Made by a program: the position numbers and the translations under genes
The notes under the pieces: generated by a model
The model's input: the letters and a program-made list of their open reading frames with translations, nothing else
Databases searched by the model: none
Told to the model about the DNA's origin: nothing
Shown: positions 43,228 through 55,320 of the stretch, in pieces
Layout of the letters: every line of letters starts with the position of its first letter
How positions within the stretch are numbered: position 1 is the stretch's first letter
Source: Neovahlkampfia damariscottae
Lineage: Eukaryota
Direction of reading: 5' to 3'
Length of the DNA: 56,468 bases
Assembly: GCA_016618085.1 (NCBI GenBank)
Contig: JABLTG010000133.1
Span: 1 to 56,468, forward strand

Positions 43228-45145
43228 TTATTTTTTATAAATTTTTTGTAATTCATTCACAGGAATTGGTGCATAAACTGCTTTTTTTTTAAATTCTTGT
43301 AATCTATATTTCTTATTCTTTGAATTACTCTTTGGATGTTTCATATTTTTTTCAGGTACAAAATATTCATTACTTTCAACATCATGAACTTTTCCAGTTA
43401 AAATTTTACCCAAAACTTCATTTTGTTTTGATTTTTTTTCTTTTTCTCTCAATTTAACTTCATTTATATTTTCTTCATTGAAATCATCTTCTTCATCAGA
43501 ATCAACTTTTTTATCATCATCATCATCTGTAAAATATTCATCATCATCTAATTCATCTTCATCTGAGATATATTCAACTTCTTCTTCTTCTTCTTCTTTT
43601 TTTTTATCATCTTCATTATGAATTTTTGGAGGTGGATGACAATATAATAATTTACCAGAAACATAATCTTTTAAAATGATTCTTGCAACTCTTGATGCAT
43701 TTGGGACACCCTTATGAGACATAATTGATTTATGAATAGCATAAGAATCTAATAAGTAATCAGCTGTTAATTTAACTTTTTTATCAAATTTCAATCCATA
43801 AGTTAATTCAAATGTTCTTTTTGGTATTCTTTGTACAACTAAACTAACAGGAGATCTAAAATCTCTCATTTCATCAATTGGTAAAATTCCATCACAAATC
43901 ATTTCTTCTTTTGTAGTTGTAACTGATGGAAATACTAATCCAGGACAATCACATAATAAAATATTTCCTAATGGTAATGTTTGAAGATGTTTTGTTTTTC
44001 CAGGTGTTGATCCAACATTAACTCTTTTTTGTTGACATAAAACATTGATAACAGATGATTTACCAACATTTGGATATCCAATCATTCCAATAGTAATTCT
44101 AGCTTTCAATTCTTGTTTTTCAACTTCTTTTTCAATTTTTTTATTTCCTTCATTTTTTGTTTTGATTTTTTTAAGTTTTAATGTTTCAATTGGTGTAATA
44201 TCTTTATAAAAATTTTCCAAGAAAGTCAATAATTCTTCTCTTGAAAAAATATGTGTCCAATCATCAGCGGAAGGATCAACTTTTTGAAATATTAAAAAAA
44301 AACGAAAAATTACCATTTTTAACATCAACTTCTTGTTCTTGTTCTTCTTGTTGTTCTTCTCCTTCTTCTTTATTTTTTTTTTCTTCTTCTTCTTCTGCAA
44401 TTTTGATTTCTTCAAATTTAGCTGAAAAGAATAATGATTTAACTCCTTCCTTTTTAAAGAAAGAAGCCCATTTGAATCTTTGTTTTTTAGTCAATAAATC
44501 AGATTTGTTGATGATAATTAAATTTTCTTTTTTTTGGTCAACCTCTTTAATATATTTTTCTAAATCTTTGCATCTGAATAAAAGTGGATTTCTAGCATCT
44601 ACAATTTGAATACAAACATCACTTCTTTCAATACTTCTCCATAACTGTCTCCAAATGTTTATATTTTTTTCGTATGGTGTCATTATGTAACTTTCTTTTT
44701 CTTCTAAATTTGATAAATCTCTTCTCCATTGTAAAAATGCTTGCTTTTCATTTCCTTCAACTTCTTGTTTTGTCATTTTATTGGTCCATGCAGGTTTTCT
44801 TGGAATTGGAAAAATTTGATTTATTTCTTCTCTCTTTTCTTCTAAACCTGTTTCTGTCATACTTTTTCATTTTTTTAATTTTTTTTTTTTTTACGTAAAA
44901 TGTTTCGCTACTTCGTCAACAACAAATGTAACGTGTTCTTTTTCTGCTGTAAAATCACGACTAGATATAGTTGCGTAATTCACAAACTCATTTAAATCGT
45001 TCTGTTCAATGATAGATCTAATTTGATCTGTTGTTTCTTCAGTTTCATCGATTAAATGTCTTTCTGACCATTTTTTGTAGTCATGTTTTTCTTTATTTTT
45101 AATAATAGCTGAACCTAAATGTTGTTTATTTTTTGTTTTGCCCAT
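43228..45145 (-). CDS. LSG1: Large-subunit GTPase LSG1 (circularly permuted GTPase)
   Basis: TPYEKNINIWRQLWR, QIVDARNP, NKSDL, GYPNVGKSS, TPGKTKH, DCPGLVFP; 2 introns. Confidence 0.93.
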
Positions 45146-45249
45146 TCTCTTTATACGTTACAATTTGAATTGAATCTCTTCCGGAGTGTTCACCAATCAA
45201 AACAATCTTCGGTTAAGTTGGAAATTGAAAAATAAAAATTCAAAAATAT

Positions 45250-45756
45250 TTATTCATCATCTTCTTTTGCTTTTTGTCTAAAGTATAATTTCGCTTTTTC
45301 AAATTGTTCTTTATGAAGATGTCTATTGTATCCTTCCGGAATTTCTTTTTTGTGAAAATTTAATTTTTTTTTTTTTTTTTTACTTGTTGGTGGTTCTGGT
45401 ATTAAACCAGCAGCGGAAAATAATCTTTTTATTGAGTCAGAAAGAATTGCTCCTTGACTTATCCAGTATTTTGCTTTTTCAAAATCCAAGTATGTTTCTT
45501 TGACCACTGGATCTTCTAAACCTTTGAATTTTATTTCTTTTGCTTTTGGTGTGTATGAGCCTTTTTTTGAAAAAAATTAAGTCAAAAAAAATCAACTAAC
45601 CAATCTAATATTTGTTTTCAAGTTTTAAAAAAATGTTTTTTTTACTTGTTCGATGAAATTTCCTGATTTTGGTGAGTACCTTCTGTCTATGACAACAATT
45701 TTGAAAAGTTTTTGTTTTTTAACTCCAAATGGATGAAATCTGATACTCACTGGCAT
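45250..45756 (-). CDS. MRPS16: Mitochondrial ribosomal protein bS16m
   Basis: IRFHPFG.K..LFKIVV.D.R...SGNFIEQ^IGSY.P...KYWISQGA..SDSIKRL. Confidence 0.8.
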
Positions 45757-45908
45757 TGTTGAATTAAAAAATTGATTTTATTGGTTGAAAAAGCAAAGGT
45801 TTTATTTTTTTTGAAAAGAATATTTTGATATATTTTTGTAATTTTCAATTGAGTGAATTTTATTGAACTAATGAAGAAAAATTATTGGTCAATTTGAAAA
45901 GCAAAAAA

Positions 45909-46438
45909 ATGTCCAGAGCAAGAATTTTCATGACTCCGGTCCATGCAAGTCGTCAATTTAATCTTAGACTTGTTAAAAGTATATTAATAAAATGGAACTC
46001 AGCTGGAGAAGCTGCATGGAATTCAGGTGTTCAGTAAAAAAAAAAAAAAAAAAAAATTAATTTTTCAAAAAGAGAATTTTACCGAAAATGTTTATCAAAT
46101 TTTCCAAGAGAATCAAATCCAAAGTGTAAAGTTGATTTTGAACAATTAGAAATTGTCAAAGGACCAGAAGTTTATATTGAATTTGGTAACTAAAAATTTA
46201 AAAATAATTTCAAACATAGACGATGGTAGAAAACTGGAATGGTATTTTAACCTTATTAAATTTTTTCAAAAGGAAAAATGCCTCATTTTTGAAACCTGAA
46301 CATTTCATGGGTAAAGTCATTGAAAAGAAAGAGAAAATAAAATACTTTTATCGTCAAGTTGGAGCTGAATTTGAAGATAGTGATGATGAAGATTATATGG
46401 GTGTTTTGACGGTAACTCAAACAAAAAAGAAAAAATAA
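45909..46438 (+). CDS. Probable mitochondrial ribosomal protein mL53
   Basis: Spliced product VKSILIKWN....REF....SNPKCKV...PEVYIEFDDG resembles mL53. Confidence 0.55.
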
Positions 46439-46544
46439 AGTGTTTAAATTTCAATATTGATTTAGAAATTGAATTGTCCAATTTCGACAAAGATGTTGGA
46501 AAGTTCAAAATACCAATTTCCAACGGCAAAAAAAAAAAGGTTTT

Positions 46545-47356
46545 ATGATTTTAAGAAAAAGAAGAAAATATTGTGAAACTTTGAAGTTTAAATTACAAAA
46601 GGCTAGGGCTTAGAAATATGATTGGATCGGAGAATTAATGTTTCACCAATGAAAATTTTCTTTTATTCGAAAAAGAAAACCACTTCTGATGGAATTGAAG
46701 TTGAAGATGAAGAGTCCTACGCCAAGGAAGAACCTTTGAGTGTGGTTTATGTCCCAAAACCTCGATATCCATACCAAAAACAAATGGTAAACTCGATTCT
46801 GCCACGAAATCAATTGCCAATGAATCAAACCAGTTACATTTTAGATGAAATCATTTCTGACCCAAAACCACTGCCAAAATACATATCATGTAATTCACTG
46901 AATATTGATAGTTCTGCTGATTCATCATCAAAAATGTTCAAAAAAAAAGAATCACCAACCATACATTCACGTTGGCATTATGAAGCTTCATCACATACAA
47001 CACCAGAAAAAAATATTTTTGGAAATTTAAAAACTTTGCCAAAAATGTCATTGCCCATCACAAAACAATTGAAGACAAGAAATGGAAATGGTTCACCTGA
47101 CCTGGCACAGAAAAAGAACTATTCGGTTGACAAAGCTAGAACCAGATTACCAAAAAGATGTGGTGATGAAAAGTGTCAATATGGACAACACTATCTCACA
47201 GCTCAAGAGGCTGCTGTAAAAAACAAAGATTTCAACACCAGGAAAGGTAAGAACACATATTGTCCTTGTGGAGCGACTATACAATATTTTATTGATGGCA
47301 CTTGGATGAGAAGTGGTTCACTATCAAAATATTTGCATACCAAAAGGTCAATGTAA
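46545..47356 (+). CDS. Hypothetical protein with C-terminal Cys/His cluster
   Basis: Long ORF; CGDEKC....H...YCPCG is a possible Zn-binding module; start uncertain. Confidence 0.5.
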
Positions 47357-47423
47357 CAAAAAAGGAAATGTTGAAAAAACAACAAGACAAAAATGGTAAA
47401 ATTTAATGTTTTTTTTTTAGCAA

Positions 47424-50400
47424 TTAAAATTGGATTGCTTTACAATAAATTTTTCTTCCAAGAATATCAGTTTTGTTCAACGCACTTATTGCTTTTTCAG
47501 CTTCTGTTTTTTTCATTTCAATCACAGCATAACCTTGTGATTTTTTGTTATTGTTTTGATTCTTTTGAGCAATTTCACAAGAAATAACTTTTCCAAACTT
47601 GCAGAATTTTTTAGTTAAATCTTTTTCTTTTGTTTTGAAGTTTAAATTTCCAACATGTATTTTTAAAACAATCTCTTGTTCTTCCTCTTGTTTTTTTTTT
47701 AACTTTTCTTTTTCAAGATATTCTTGAAACAATGGAGAATGAACTTTTGGTGGTGAAAAATCATCTGTTTCTTTTAGTTGTATTTTTGGAATGTTGATCA
47801 TAGGTCCAATTACTCCTGATGCAGTTATTCCTTTTGGGATTAATGGATTGATTTTTGGAATGATATTTTGTTCCAAACCTGAAGCCATATCACTATAACT
47901 TACACTTGGAATAACATTGGCACTTGGACTTGAGGAACCATTTGATTCCAATTTTTCATTTTCTTGTTCAACCCAACTTTTACTTTCAACAACTGTCACT
48001 GGACTAAATAAATCATTTGCTGAAACAACAGGTGAATGTCCTTGATCAAGATCTGAATCTGAAATGGTCATATTTCCTCTTGGTGATGCCAAAGGTGATG
48101 ATAATGCAACTCTTGGTGAGGAAATTGGTGAAGGTGAAAATGAACCAAAAACTGGATCTTTACCTGCTCCTCTCGGTGATAACTGAACCCCTTGTGAAAA
48201 TTGTGGTTTTCTTTGTAAACCAACTTTTGATTTCATTGCTGAATATCCACCCAAATCAACAATTAAATTCTTCATTTTTTCATTTTCACATAATTTTTCA
48301 ATGATCAAAGATGATATTTTTGATGTTGTTTTTCTTCCATTTTTCATTAAATTAATGATAGTTTCAACATGTCTTTCTTCGAAAACTAAATTTTTTTGTT
48401 CTTCTCCTAACAATAAAATGTAAATACATTTCAAAGAATGTTCAACAAAATCTTTGTTTTTATGTGCTAAAAATGAAAATATGATTTGAATTTTTCCTGA
48501 TGATTTGATTTCTTTTTTGACAGATGACATCTTTCCTAATGTTTCCAATGCTTTCAATACACGAAGACATTGATTCATTTTTGAAACATTCAATAATGGA
48601 AATAATAAACTATTATCAAAATGTTTGATATTTTCTTCATTATCATAAAGCAGTGGTATCAAATCAATCACCAAAAGTAAAAATTCAGTGTTGGTTTTAA
48701 CATATGATTCCATTAAAATCTTTTTGATTTTTGGTGAAATTTCGTGTTTAATTAATTTATCTTTGTATGATTTTTCTTTTTGAACTAATTTAATCATCAA
48801 ATCTACACTTTCATTTGCAATTAATTCCGTATCAAATTCCATATTTCCAACTAACTTCTTGAAGAGTTTTTCATAATCAAATAATTGAATTGATGTTTTT
48901 GTTGAATGTTTTGAAACAATGAATGTCAAGAAACGTAAAATTCTTTCATTCAATTCTTTAGTTTTTGCTGTACATGCTAAACTGATCAAAAATTTCAAAT
49001 TTTCTTCAACTTCTTCATCTTTGAATTCATTCACTTCAATAAATTTTTCTTTGTTATTTTCAGCTGAAACTAATAAACAATTCATAATAATTGTTAAAAT
49101 ATTTTCATCTTTTTTCTTGTGTAAAATTTCAATTAATTTTGCATGTTCAGCCCTTTTCATTCTTGGAAATGTTTCAAGATGATTGAATAATTTTTCAATT
49201 AATTTTAAAGTATCTAACAAAATACTGTTTTCATCCAATAATGCAAATACATATTGAACACCTTTTCTCAAGAAGAAATCTTCAAAATCTTCGCTGAATT
49301 TGGGATCAAGTAAAACTTCAATTTCTGTGATTGCTTCTAATTTAGCTTCTTGAGTTTTTAATTTCATCAATTTAAATATTTTGTCAACTACATTGTCCAC
49401 CACTGGACTGATAGTTCCTGGAGTGACACTTTCTGAATCACCAGGAGTCATACTGATTTCTGGAACAGAATCAAATGAAAGAGGTGTTGCTTGTTGTTCA
49501 ACCTTTTCAATGGAATCAAATGATTTCTTTTTGCCAATCAGTTTCAAAGAGAATGAAGGTTTCTTTTTCAATGAATTTCCATCTGATTCACCAGTCGGAC
49601 TTTTTTCAGGACTCTTTAGTTGTAATGGATTTCCTGTGAGAGTAAATGATCTTCTTTTTCTAGGTGGTTTTTCAGGTCTTAATTCTGATTGATCTGATAA
49701 TTTTCTTTGTGGTTTTTCACTTGTATTTTTTAAATCACCTGATGGGTCTTTCAATGTGAATCTTGGTGTCAAAGCACCAAGTAAACTTCCTGATCTCTTT
49801 AATCTTGGTGTTGATGATGCTGATGTTGCATTGGTTTGTGTGGCTCCTGAAGATTCAGCACTTGCAATGTCAAGTGAAAGTTTTTCTGTGACTTTTGTAC
49901 CAAATAAAGATGATTTTCTTTGTAATGTTTTTGTTTGAATAACTGGAGTATCTTCTGATCTTGGTGTTGTGAGTGTTGGAGCATTATTTTTCAACTCTTC
50001 TTTTTCTTTAATCAATTCAATGATTTTTTCTTTCAATGATTTATTTTCATCATGAATTTTTGAATTATCTTGATATGCTTTCATTTCAGTATTTTCTTCC
50101 TCCAATTTTGAAGCTTTTTTTGTTAAAGCTTCGTTTTGATTCATCAAATCTTGAATTCTATTTTTTAATTCTAAAATTTCACTTGATAAATCAGCATTGA
50201 ATTTTCTTGTTCTATCATAATTTTCTTGTAATACTTGAGTCTGTTGATCATTTGTTTTAGATGCTTGAGATGTTGTTTTCTTTTCTTTATCCATCATAAA
50301 ACTCTTCGTTCCTTTTATAGTTTGTGAACTCATTCTAAATGATTGATTTGGACTTGTTGGTAAGAATGAATCATCTTCAGGACCTTGCTTTCCAGTTTTT

Positions 50401-52796
50401 AATGCATGCATAATTGAAGATAAAGTTTGTTTCCTTGATATTGCAGAAATAGTTGAAGCATCTCTTGAGAATTTAACAGTACCTATTCTATTTAATGCTT
50501 TTTCTTCTTCTTCAATTTGTTTTTTTTCATTTTCTAATTTTAATTTTTCCAATTGTTTACGAGCTAATGTATATCTTGAAATAGCTTGAAGTTCAATAAT
50601 GATTTCATGAATTCTTTCAGCTCTTAATTCTTCTAAAATGAAATTTTGTGAGTATCTTAATAAAACTAAATTCTTTCCAATTTTATATTGTTTTGTATTT
50701 AAAAATCCACAATTTCTTAAAATTAATTTACATTGTGCAGATAATTCATCTTCTTCTTCAAGAAATTCTGAACTTGTTAACATGAAATATCTTTTGATGA
50801 AATCTGAATGTTCAAAATGATCAATATAACCTTTTCTTGTCATTTTAATATTTTGAAGAATATTGTTTAATTTGATTTGTTTCAATAATAATTTTGGTTC
50901 AATGATTGATGGTTTTAAAATTTCATTTGGAACAAAACATAATACTTTTTGTAATCTTGTAGATTGCATAATAGACCATAATTCTGATATTTTCTTTTTA
51001 ATTTCTTGAGTTAAAATAATTTTATAATTCATATCATTCACAATTTTATCAATCAAAACTGATTTTGATTTAATATTTGAAATGAATTGAATCAAGTTTG
51101 CATTGAACCAAACCTTATCAAAATCATAAACAACTTTTTCTTGGAAATGTTCAATTTTAATTTTTTCATTGATTGTTTTAACTTCTTCTTTCAAAAATCT
51201 TTTTTCAATTTTATCAATTTCATTTAATTCAATTTCATCTAAGAATTTTGATTCATTTTCAATATAATTCTCTTTAACTCCAAAGTCAGTATATTTCCAA
51301 TCAATTCTTTCTTTCACATATATTTCTTGTTCTTTTTTGAAAAATACTTCATTATTCAAATGATTCAATTTATCATTAGAATAATTGACTAAAAATTGAT
51401 CAAAATAATTATCATTAAATTTTTGATTTCCTGGAATATCAACAATTGAAATATAATTCGTAATTTTTTCTTTAGATGATATTTTTTGATTAATTTCTTT
51501 AACTAATCTGTTGAAAGTATGATAATAAAGAACTTCAGTAAATTTCAAAGTTAACTCTTGTGAAGCCATTGATGATTTTCCTTTTATGGCAATTTCTAAT
51601 TCCGTTTGATCAATTTGTAATAAATTACTAATTTGTTTTAACTCTTCTTCTTTGTTGTTTATTGATCCATCTTCTTCATTGAATGTTAAATTTCCAAGAT
51701 TTAAAATAGCAACTGAAATGTCGAAAAATTCGTCCAATGGAATTTTTAAATATTCCGCGGATTCTTTTAAATTTTTGAAAGCTCCTTCATCATCTAAACC
51801 AGAAATTATAATTGAATTTAAAATTTTATAATTTGAAATTTCTTTCAAATTATATTTTTGTTTCAAATCTTCATCTGAAAATAATTGATAAAATATGTGA
51901 AAATTTCTTCCATTTTTTGGAAAAACAACACGATGAGAATTGATAAAAGAACATGTAATTAAAGATCCTGTGAATTTTGCTTTTGAAAAGTTCAATTCAA
52001 CTAAGTTCAAAAATGAAGATGAATTTAAATTTTTTAAAGTTGAAAAATTACCGAATGACTCTAAAATGGTTAATGCATTCAATAAATTTTTTGATCTTTT
52101 TTCTTCATTTGATGAAAAACCAATATATTCAATCAAGTGTTTTAAATTTTCAGTTTTACCTGAACTTGATTCTCCTGATAATAAAATTGATTGGTTCAAT
52201 GATAATTTGACAACATCAAAATATGCTTTTTCACCAACTGTATAAATATGTGGTTCAATTGTGTCTTTTCTTGCACCTATATGTCTCTTCATTTTTTTGG
52301 TTGAATAATTTTTTGATATTGTTTGATAAGGGTTCAAAAATAATAATGTGTTGCCAAAAAATGTGTAAACTAAATTCTTTTCAAATCTCATTTTTATATT
52401 TTGAAATAAGTTTAAATCGTTCAAATGGTACAAAGAAGTCATATCTTCGCAATAATCATAATCAGGTGGATTCATTGGAAAAATTGAGTCTAATGGAACT
52501 GAATGAGTGCTACCATCTTGAGTTGAAACTGTAAATTCATTTGTTTCTGGATTTCTTCCTGTAACTTCTCCTACAACGCAGACTTCTTTTTTATCTTTAA
52601 TCCAAACATAATTTTGGCCTTCTTCTTTCCAAGATTGTTCTGTGCTTCTAGCTTGATAAAATCTATCAATAAATGAAAGGTTAAAAGGTTGTGTGGATGT
52701 TGATTCGGATGTGGCTTTTTTTGGTTTCTTTTTTTTTCCATCACCGGAAACTTCTTTTTTTTTGCTTGATTTTTTCTTTGGGTTATCTGAAGACAT
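47424..52796 (-). CDS. Divergent myosin: SH3-like + motor + IQ + coiled coil + ARM/HEAT-like + RRM
   Basis: MNPP..D..EDMTSL, LNPY, PHIY, GESSSGKTE, LESFGN, RNFHIFYQL, NYSNDKL, CFVPNE; IQ-like LQAISRYTLAR; C-terminal IHVGNL...GYAVIEM (RNP2/RNP1). Confidence 0.88.
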   Translation of the reverse strand: MSSDNPKKKSSKKKEVSGDGKKKKPKKATSESTSTQPFNLSFIDRFYQARSTEQSWKEEGQNYVWIKDKKEVCVVGEVTGRNPETNEFTVSTQDGSTHSVPLDSIFPMNPPDYDYCEDMTSLYHLNDLNLFQNIKMRFEKNLVYTFFGNTLLFLNPYQTISKNYSTKKMKRHIGARKDTIEPHIYTVGEKAYFDVVKLSLNQSILLSGESSSGKTENLKHLIEYIGFSSNEEKRSKNLLNALTILESFGNFSTLKNLNSSSFLNLVELNFSKAKFTGSLITCSFINSHRVVFPKNGRNFHIFYQLFSDEDLKQKYNLKEISNYKILNSIIISGLDDEGAFKNLKESAEYLKIPLDEFFDISVAILNLGNLTFNEEDGSINNKEEELKQISNLLQIDQTELEIAIKGKSSMASQELTLKFTEVLYYHTFNRLVKEINQKISSKEKITNYISIVDIPGNQKFNDNYFDQFLVNYSNDKLNHLNNEVFFKKEQEIYVKERIDWKYTDFGVKENYIENESKFLDEIELNEIDKIEKRFLKEEVKTINEKIKIEHFQEKVVYDFDKVWFNANLIQFISNIKSKSVLIDKIVNDMNYKIILTQEIKKKISELWSIMQSTRLQKVLCFVPNEILKPSIIEPKLLLKQIKLNNILQNIKMTRKGYIDHFEHSDFIKRYFMLTSSEFLEEEDELSAQCKLILRNCGFLNTKQYKIGKNLVLLRYSQNFILEELRAERIHEIIIELQAISRYTLARKQLEKLKLENEKKQIEEEEKALNRIGTVKFSRDASTISAISRKQTLSSIMHALKTGKQGPEDDSFLPTSPNQSFRMSSQTIKGTKSFMMDKEKKTTSQASKTNDQQTQVLQENYDRTRKFNADLSSEILELKNRIQDLMNQNEALTKKASKLEEENTEMKAYQDNSKIHDENKSLKEKIIELIKEKEELKNNAPTLTTPRSEDTPVIQTKTLQRKSSLFGTKVTEKLSLDIASAESSGATQTNATSASSTPRLKRSGSLLGALTPRFTLKDPSGDLKNTSEKPQRKLSDQSELRPEKPPRKRRSFTLTGNPLQLKSPEKSPTGESDGNSLKKKPSFSLKLIGKKKSFDSIEKVEQQATPLSFDSVPEISMTPGDSESVTPGTISPVVDNVVDKIFKLMKLKTQEAKLEAITEIEVLLDPKFSEDFEDFFLRKGVQYVFALLDENSILLDTLKLIEKLFNHLETFPRMKRAEHAKLIEILHKKKDENILTIIMNCLLVSAENNKEKFIEVNEFKDEEVEENLKFLISLACTAKTKELNERILRFLTFIVSKHSTKTSIQLFDYEKLFKKLVGNMEFDTELIANESVDLMIKLVQKEKSYKDKLIKHEISPKIKKILMESYVKTNTEFLLLVIDLIPLLYDNEENIKHFDNSLLFPLLNVSKMNQCLRVLKALETLGKMSSVKKEIKSSGKIQIIFSFLAHKNKDFVEHSLKCIYILLLGEEQKNLVFEERHVETIINLMKNGRKTTSKISSLIIEKLCENEKMKNLIVDLGGYSAMKSKVGLQRKPQFSQGVQLSPRGAGKDPVFGSFSPSPISSPRVALSSPLASPRGNMTISDSDLDQGHSPVVSANDLFSPVTVVESKSWVEQENEKLESNGSSSPSANVIPSVSYSDMASGLEQNIIPKINPLIPKGITASGVIGPMINIPKIQLKETDDFSPPKVHSPLFQEYLEKEKLKKKQEEEQEIVLKIHVGNLNFKTKEKDLTKKFCKFGKVISCEIAQKNQNNNKKSQGYAVIEMKKTEAEKAISALNKTDILGRKIYCKAIQF

Positions 52797-52898
52797 TATG
52801 TGTCAAATTTCTTTGCTATGGATGCTAAAGTGATGACAGTGGCTGCGGACAAGACAAAAAAAGTTTGACCAATGAAAGTTTGAGAAAAAAAAAATATT

Positions 52899-53352
52899 TT
52901 ATTCCTCATTTTTCAGAGATTTAACTTTAAATGATATTTTGTTTTTTAAATCATTTCCAGTGAAAGTATTTTCATTTTCATTGGTTTCTTCTTCATTTTC
53001 AATTTTTTCTTCTTGTTTTGGTCTGACAAAATTTCTAAATTTTTCAATTGAAGGTTGTATTTTATTTTTGAAATTTGAAATGTATTGTTTTACAGCTGTA
53101 TCTTTTGTTGAATAACTTCTCAATTCTTCTTTTTTTTCTTCAGATCTGTATCTGTAATATAGAAATCCTAAAAAAAAAGGTGCTCCTAATATGAAAATTG
53201 TATTTGAAATAGATGTTGTTGTCATCTGAAGAGTTTAAAGGTTTGAGTTGTTTTTATTTTACTCTTGAACGTTTTGGTTTGGTTGTTAGAAATTCTATCA
53301 TTGATTTAAAATTTGGTTTTTTATATGGTCCATTTCCTCCTTGTTGTGACAT
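52899..53352 (-). CDS. Small hypothetical single-TM protein
   Basis: Two exons joined by a short intron; hydrophobic IFILGAPFFLGFLYY. Confidence 0.5.
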
Positions 53353-53396
53353 TTTTGAAGTTGGTTTTTTTTTTGAGGATGAAGAAATATGATTGG

Positions 53397-53844
53397 TTAA
53401 TTCAGTGTAAAATAAAATAACTTTATATTTCTGAACCATTGAGTTTCAATTGTTTTCTGTTTCAAACCATTTCCTTTTTTTCGTTTTAGAATGTTTTTTC
53501 GTTTAATAATTTGGTGATGTATTGAATTTGTTGTTCATAAGAAAGTTTTTCAAATTCTTCTTCATCAAAATTTTCTGTTTTTTTCATCAAAAGCTGTAAC
53601 GCATTTTCTTCAGCTTTTTGATAAAATTCTTGCTCTAAAGATATTATGAACTATTTTTTTTTTTACTTGAATTTTCAATTTCAATTTTGGTTGATGTTTC
53701 TGTTTTCAAAATTGTCATTAAAACTTCTTCTTCATTTGTTATGTTAAAAATATTATTTTCGTTGTTTATTTTATATTTTTTATATTTTTCCTTTAAAGGT
53801 TCAATAATTTCATTTTTTTCTTCTTGTGTTTCTGTTTTTTTCAT
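53397..53844 (-). CDS. Hypothetical protein
   Basis: Two exons with one GT-AG micro-intron; shares a ~45-bp divergent promoter with the next gene. Confidence 0.4.
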
Positions 53845-53889
53845 AACGTTTTTCTCAACCAATTGTATCATTGGTTTAATTTATCTTCA

Positions 53890-55227
53890 ATGAAAAGTGA
53901 AAAAAGAAGGAATCGAGATTTTACACTTCATTTGGTGATTCATGGTTCTTCTTCAGATTCTGAAAGTGAGGAGGAGAAGGAGAAGGAAATCAAAGTATAC
54001 ATTTCTTCTGAAGAAGAAACAGAAAACAAAACATTAAAAGTTGTAAAAAAAGAGGAAAAAGTAGATACAGAAGAATTTAAAGAAAACTGTACTGAAGAAG
54101 AGGATTTTTTAAGTTTTGGAGTTGTGATGAGCCAAGGATTTAATCAACAAGACGAAGAAGATGATTCTGAACAATCAGAAGAGATTAATGAAACAAATAT
54201 AAATGAAACAGCACATAATGAAAATAATTCGATATATTCTCAAACATCCATTCAAAACTCAATTGAAGAACAGAAAAAAGTAACAAAATTGAATGATGAA
54301 CCTGTGACAAAAGTTGAAGAAAAGATTAAAGAAAAAATAGCACCGAAAATGACTGAAGTTGTGCCTCAAGTGACAAATAGTTTTGTGGTAAATAAAATCA
54401 TCCAAGAAAAAAAATCACCAGATGTTGCGGATAAAATGGAACTTGAAGAAAAAATACCAGAGAAAGAAATTAGACAAGAAGCTACAATTTTTCCTGAATC
54501 TAGATCGAAGCAAAATACAAAAAGAGTAGGAGATCCAAATCAATTCACACATCTTTTTCATTTTCCGGAAGCTACTAACAATCCTCCCGATGACTTACCA
54601 AAGCCAAAAATAACTGACATAAACGGCACCAAGAAAACTAAAAAGAATACAGGAAACAATACAAAAAACAACAATGCAACTCCTGTGAAAAAAGTGATTA
54701 AAAAAGTAGAGATAGTTCAAGACGATTCAGAAGACGAGATGATACCAGCTGAAAGTTCAGCGGAAGAGCAAGAAGAAGAACTTTTTGAAACAGTTGAAAT
54801 TTATAATCAACCGAAATTTGAGAAAAAAATTTCAATTCACATTTGTAAAACTTGTTCAACTGAACAATCAAATTTTTGGATAAAGTATTGAAATCTAATG
54901 AAATTAATTTTTTAAAAAAGTGACAAAGAATCAAATTTTTATTGTAAATTATGTGGATTAGAATTTTTGAAAAAAATGCAAAAAAAACAAACAAAAACAG
55001 TTGAAGTAGAGAAGGAAAAAGAACCTGATATTGAATTTCAAACTTTAGAAAGTGTGTTTAAAATTGATGATTTGATGTCAGATAACCCCAAAAGAAATAA
55101 ATCACCAACAAAGGAAGAAGAAATTTCTGAAACGAAAAAAAGAAAAGTTGACCATGAAGAAACAAAAGATATACATGACACAAACAAAAACTTTTCAAAC
55201 ATTTTAGACTCTGTTTTTGGTTTTTAA
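53890..55227 (+). CDS. Acidic low-complexity protein with GATA-type zinc finger
   Basis: Removing intron 54885-54920 gives CKTCSTEQSNFWINDKESNFYCKLCG (C-x2-C-x17-C-x2-C). Confidence 0.6.
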
Positions 55228-55320
55228 AAGAGAAATACAATTTTTGAATTGACCAATGAATTTTATTTTAAAAAATCTCAAAACCAACCAATTAAATCAT
55301 AAACCAAAAAATTTTAAAAC

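Noticed and set aside
34842..52534. Numerous 60-120 aa ORFs antisense to long genes in the ORF track
   Set aside because: They are shadow ORFs of AT-rich coding strands, with non-ATG starts and no motifs.
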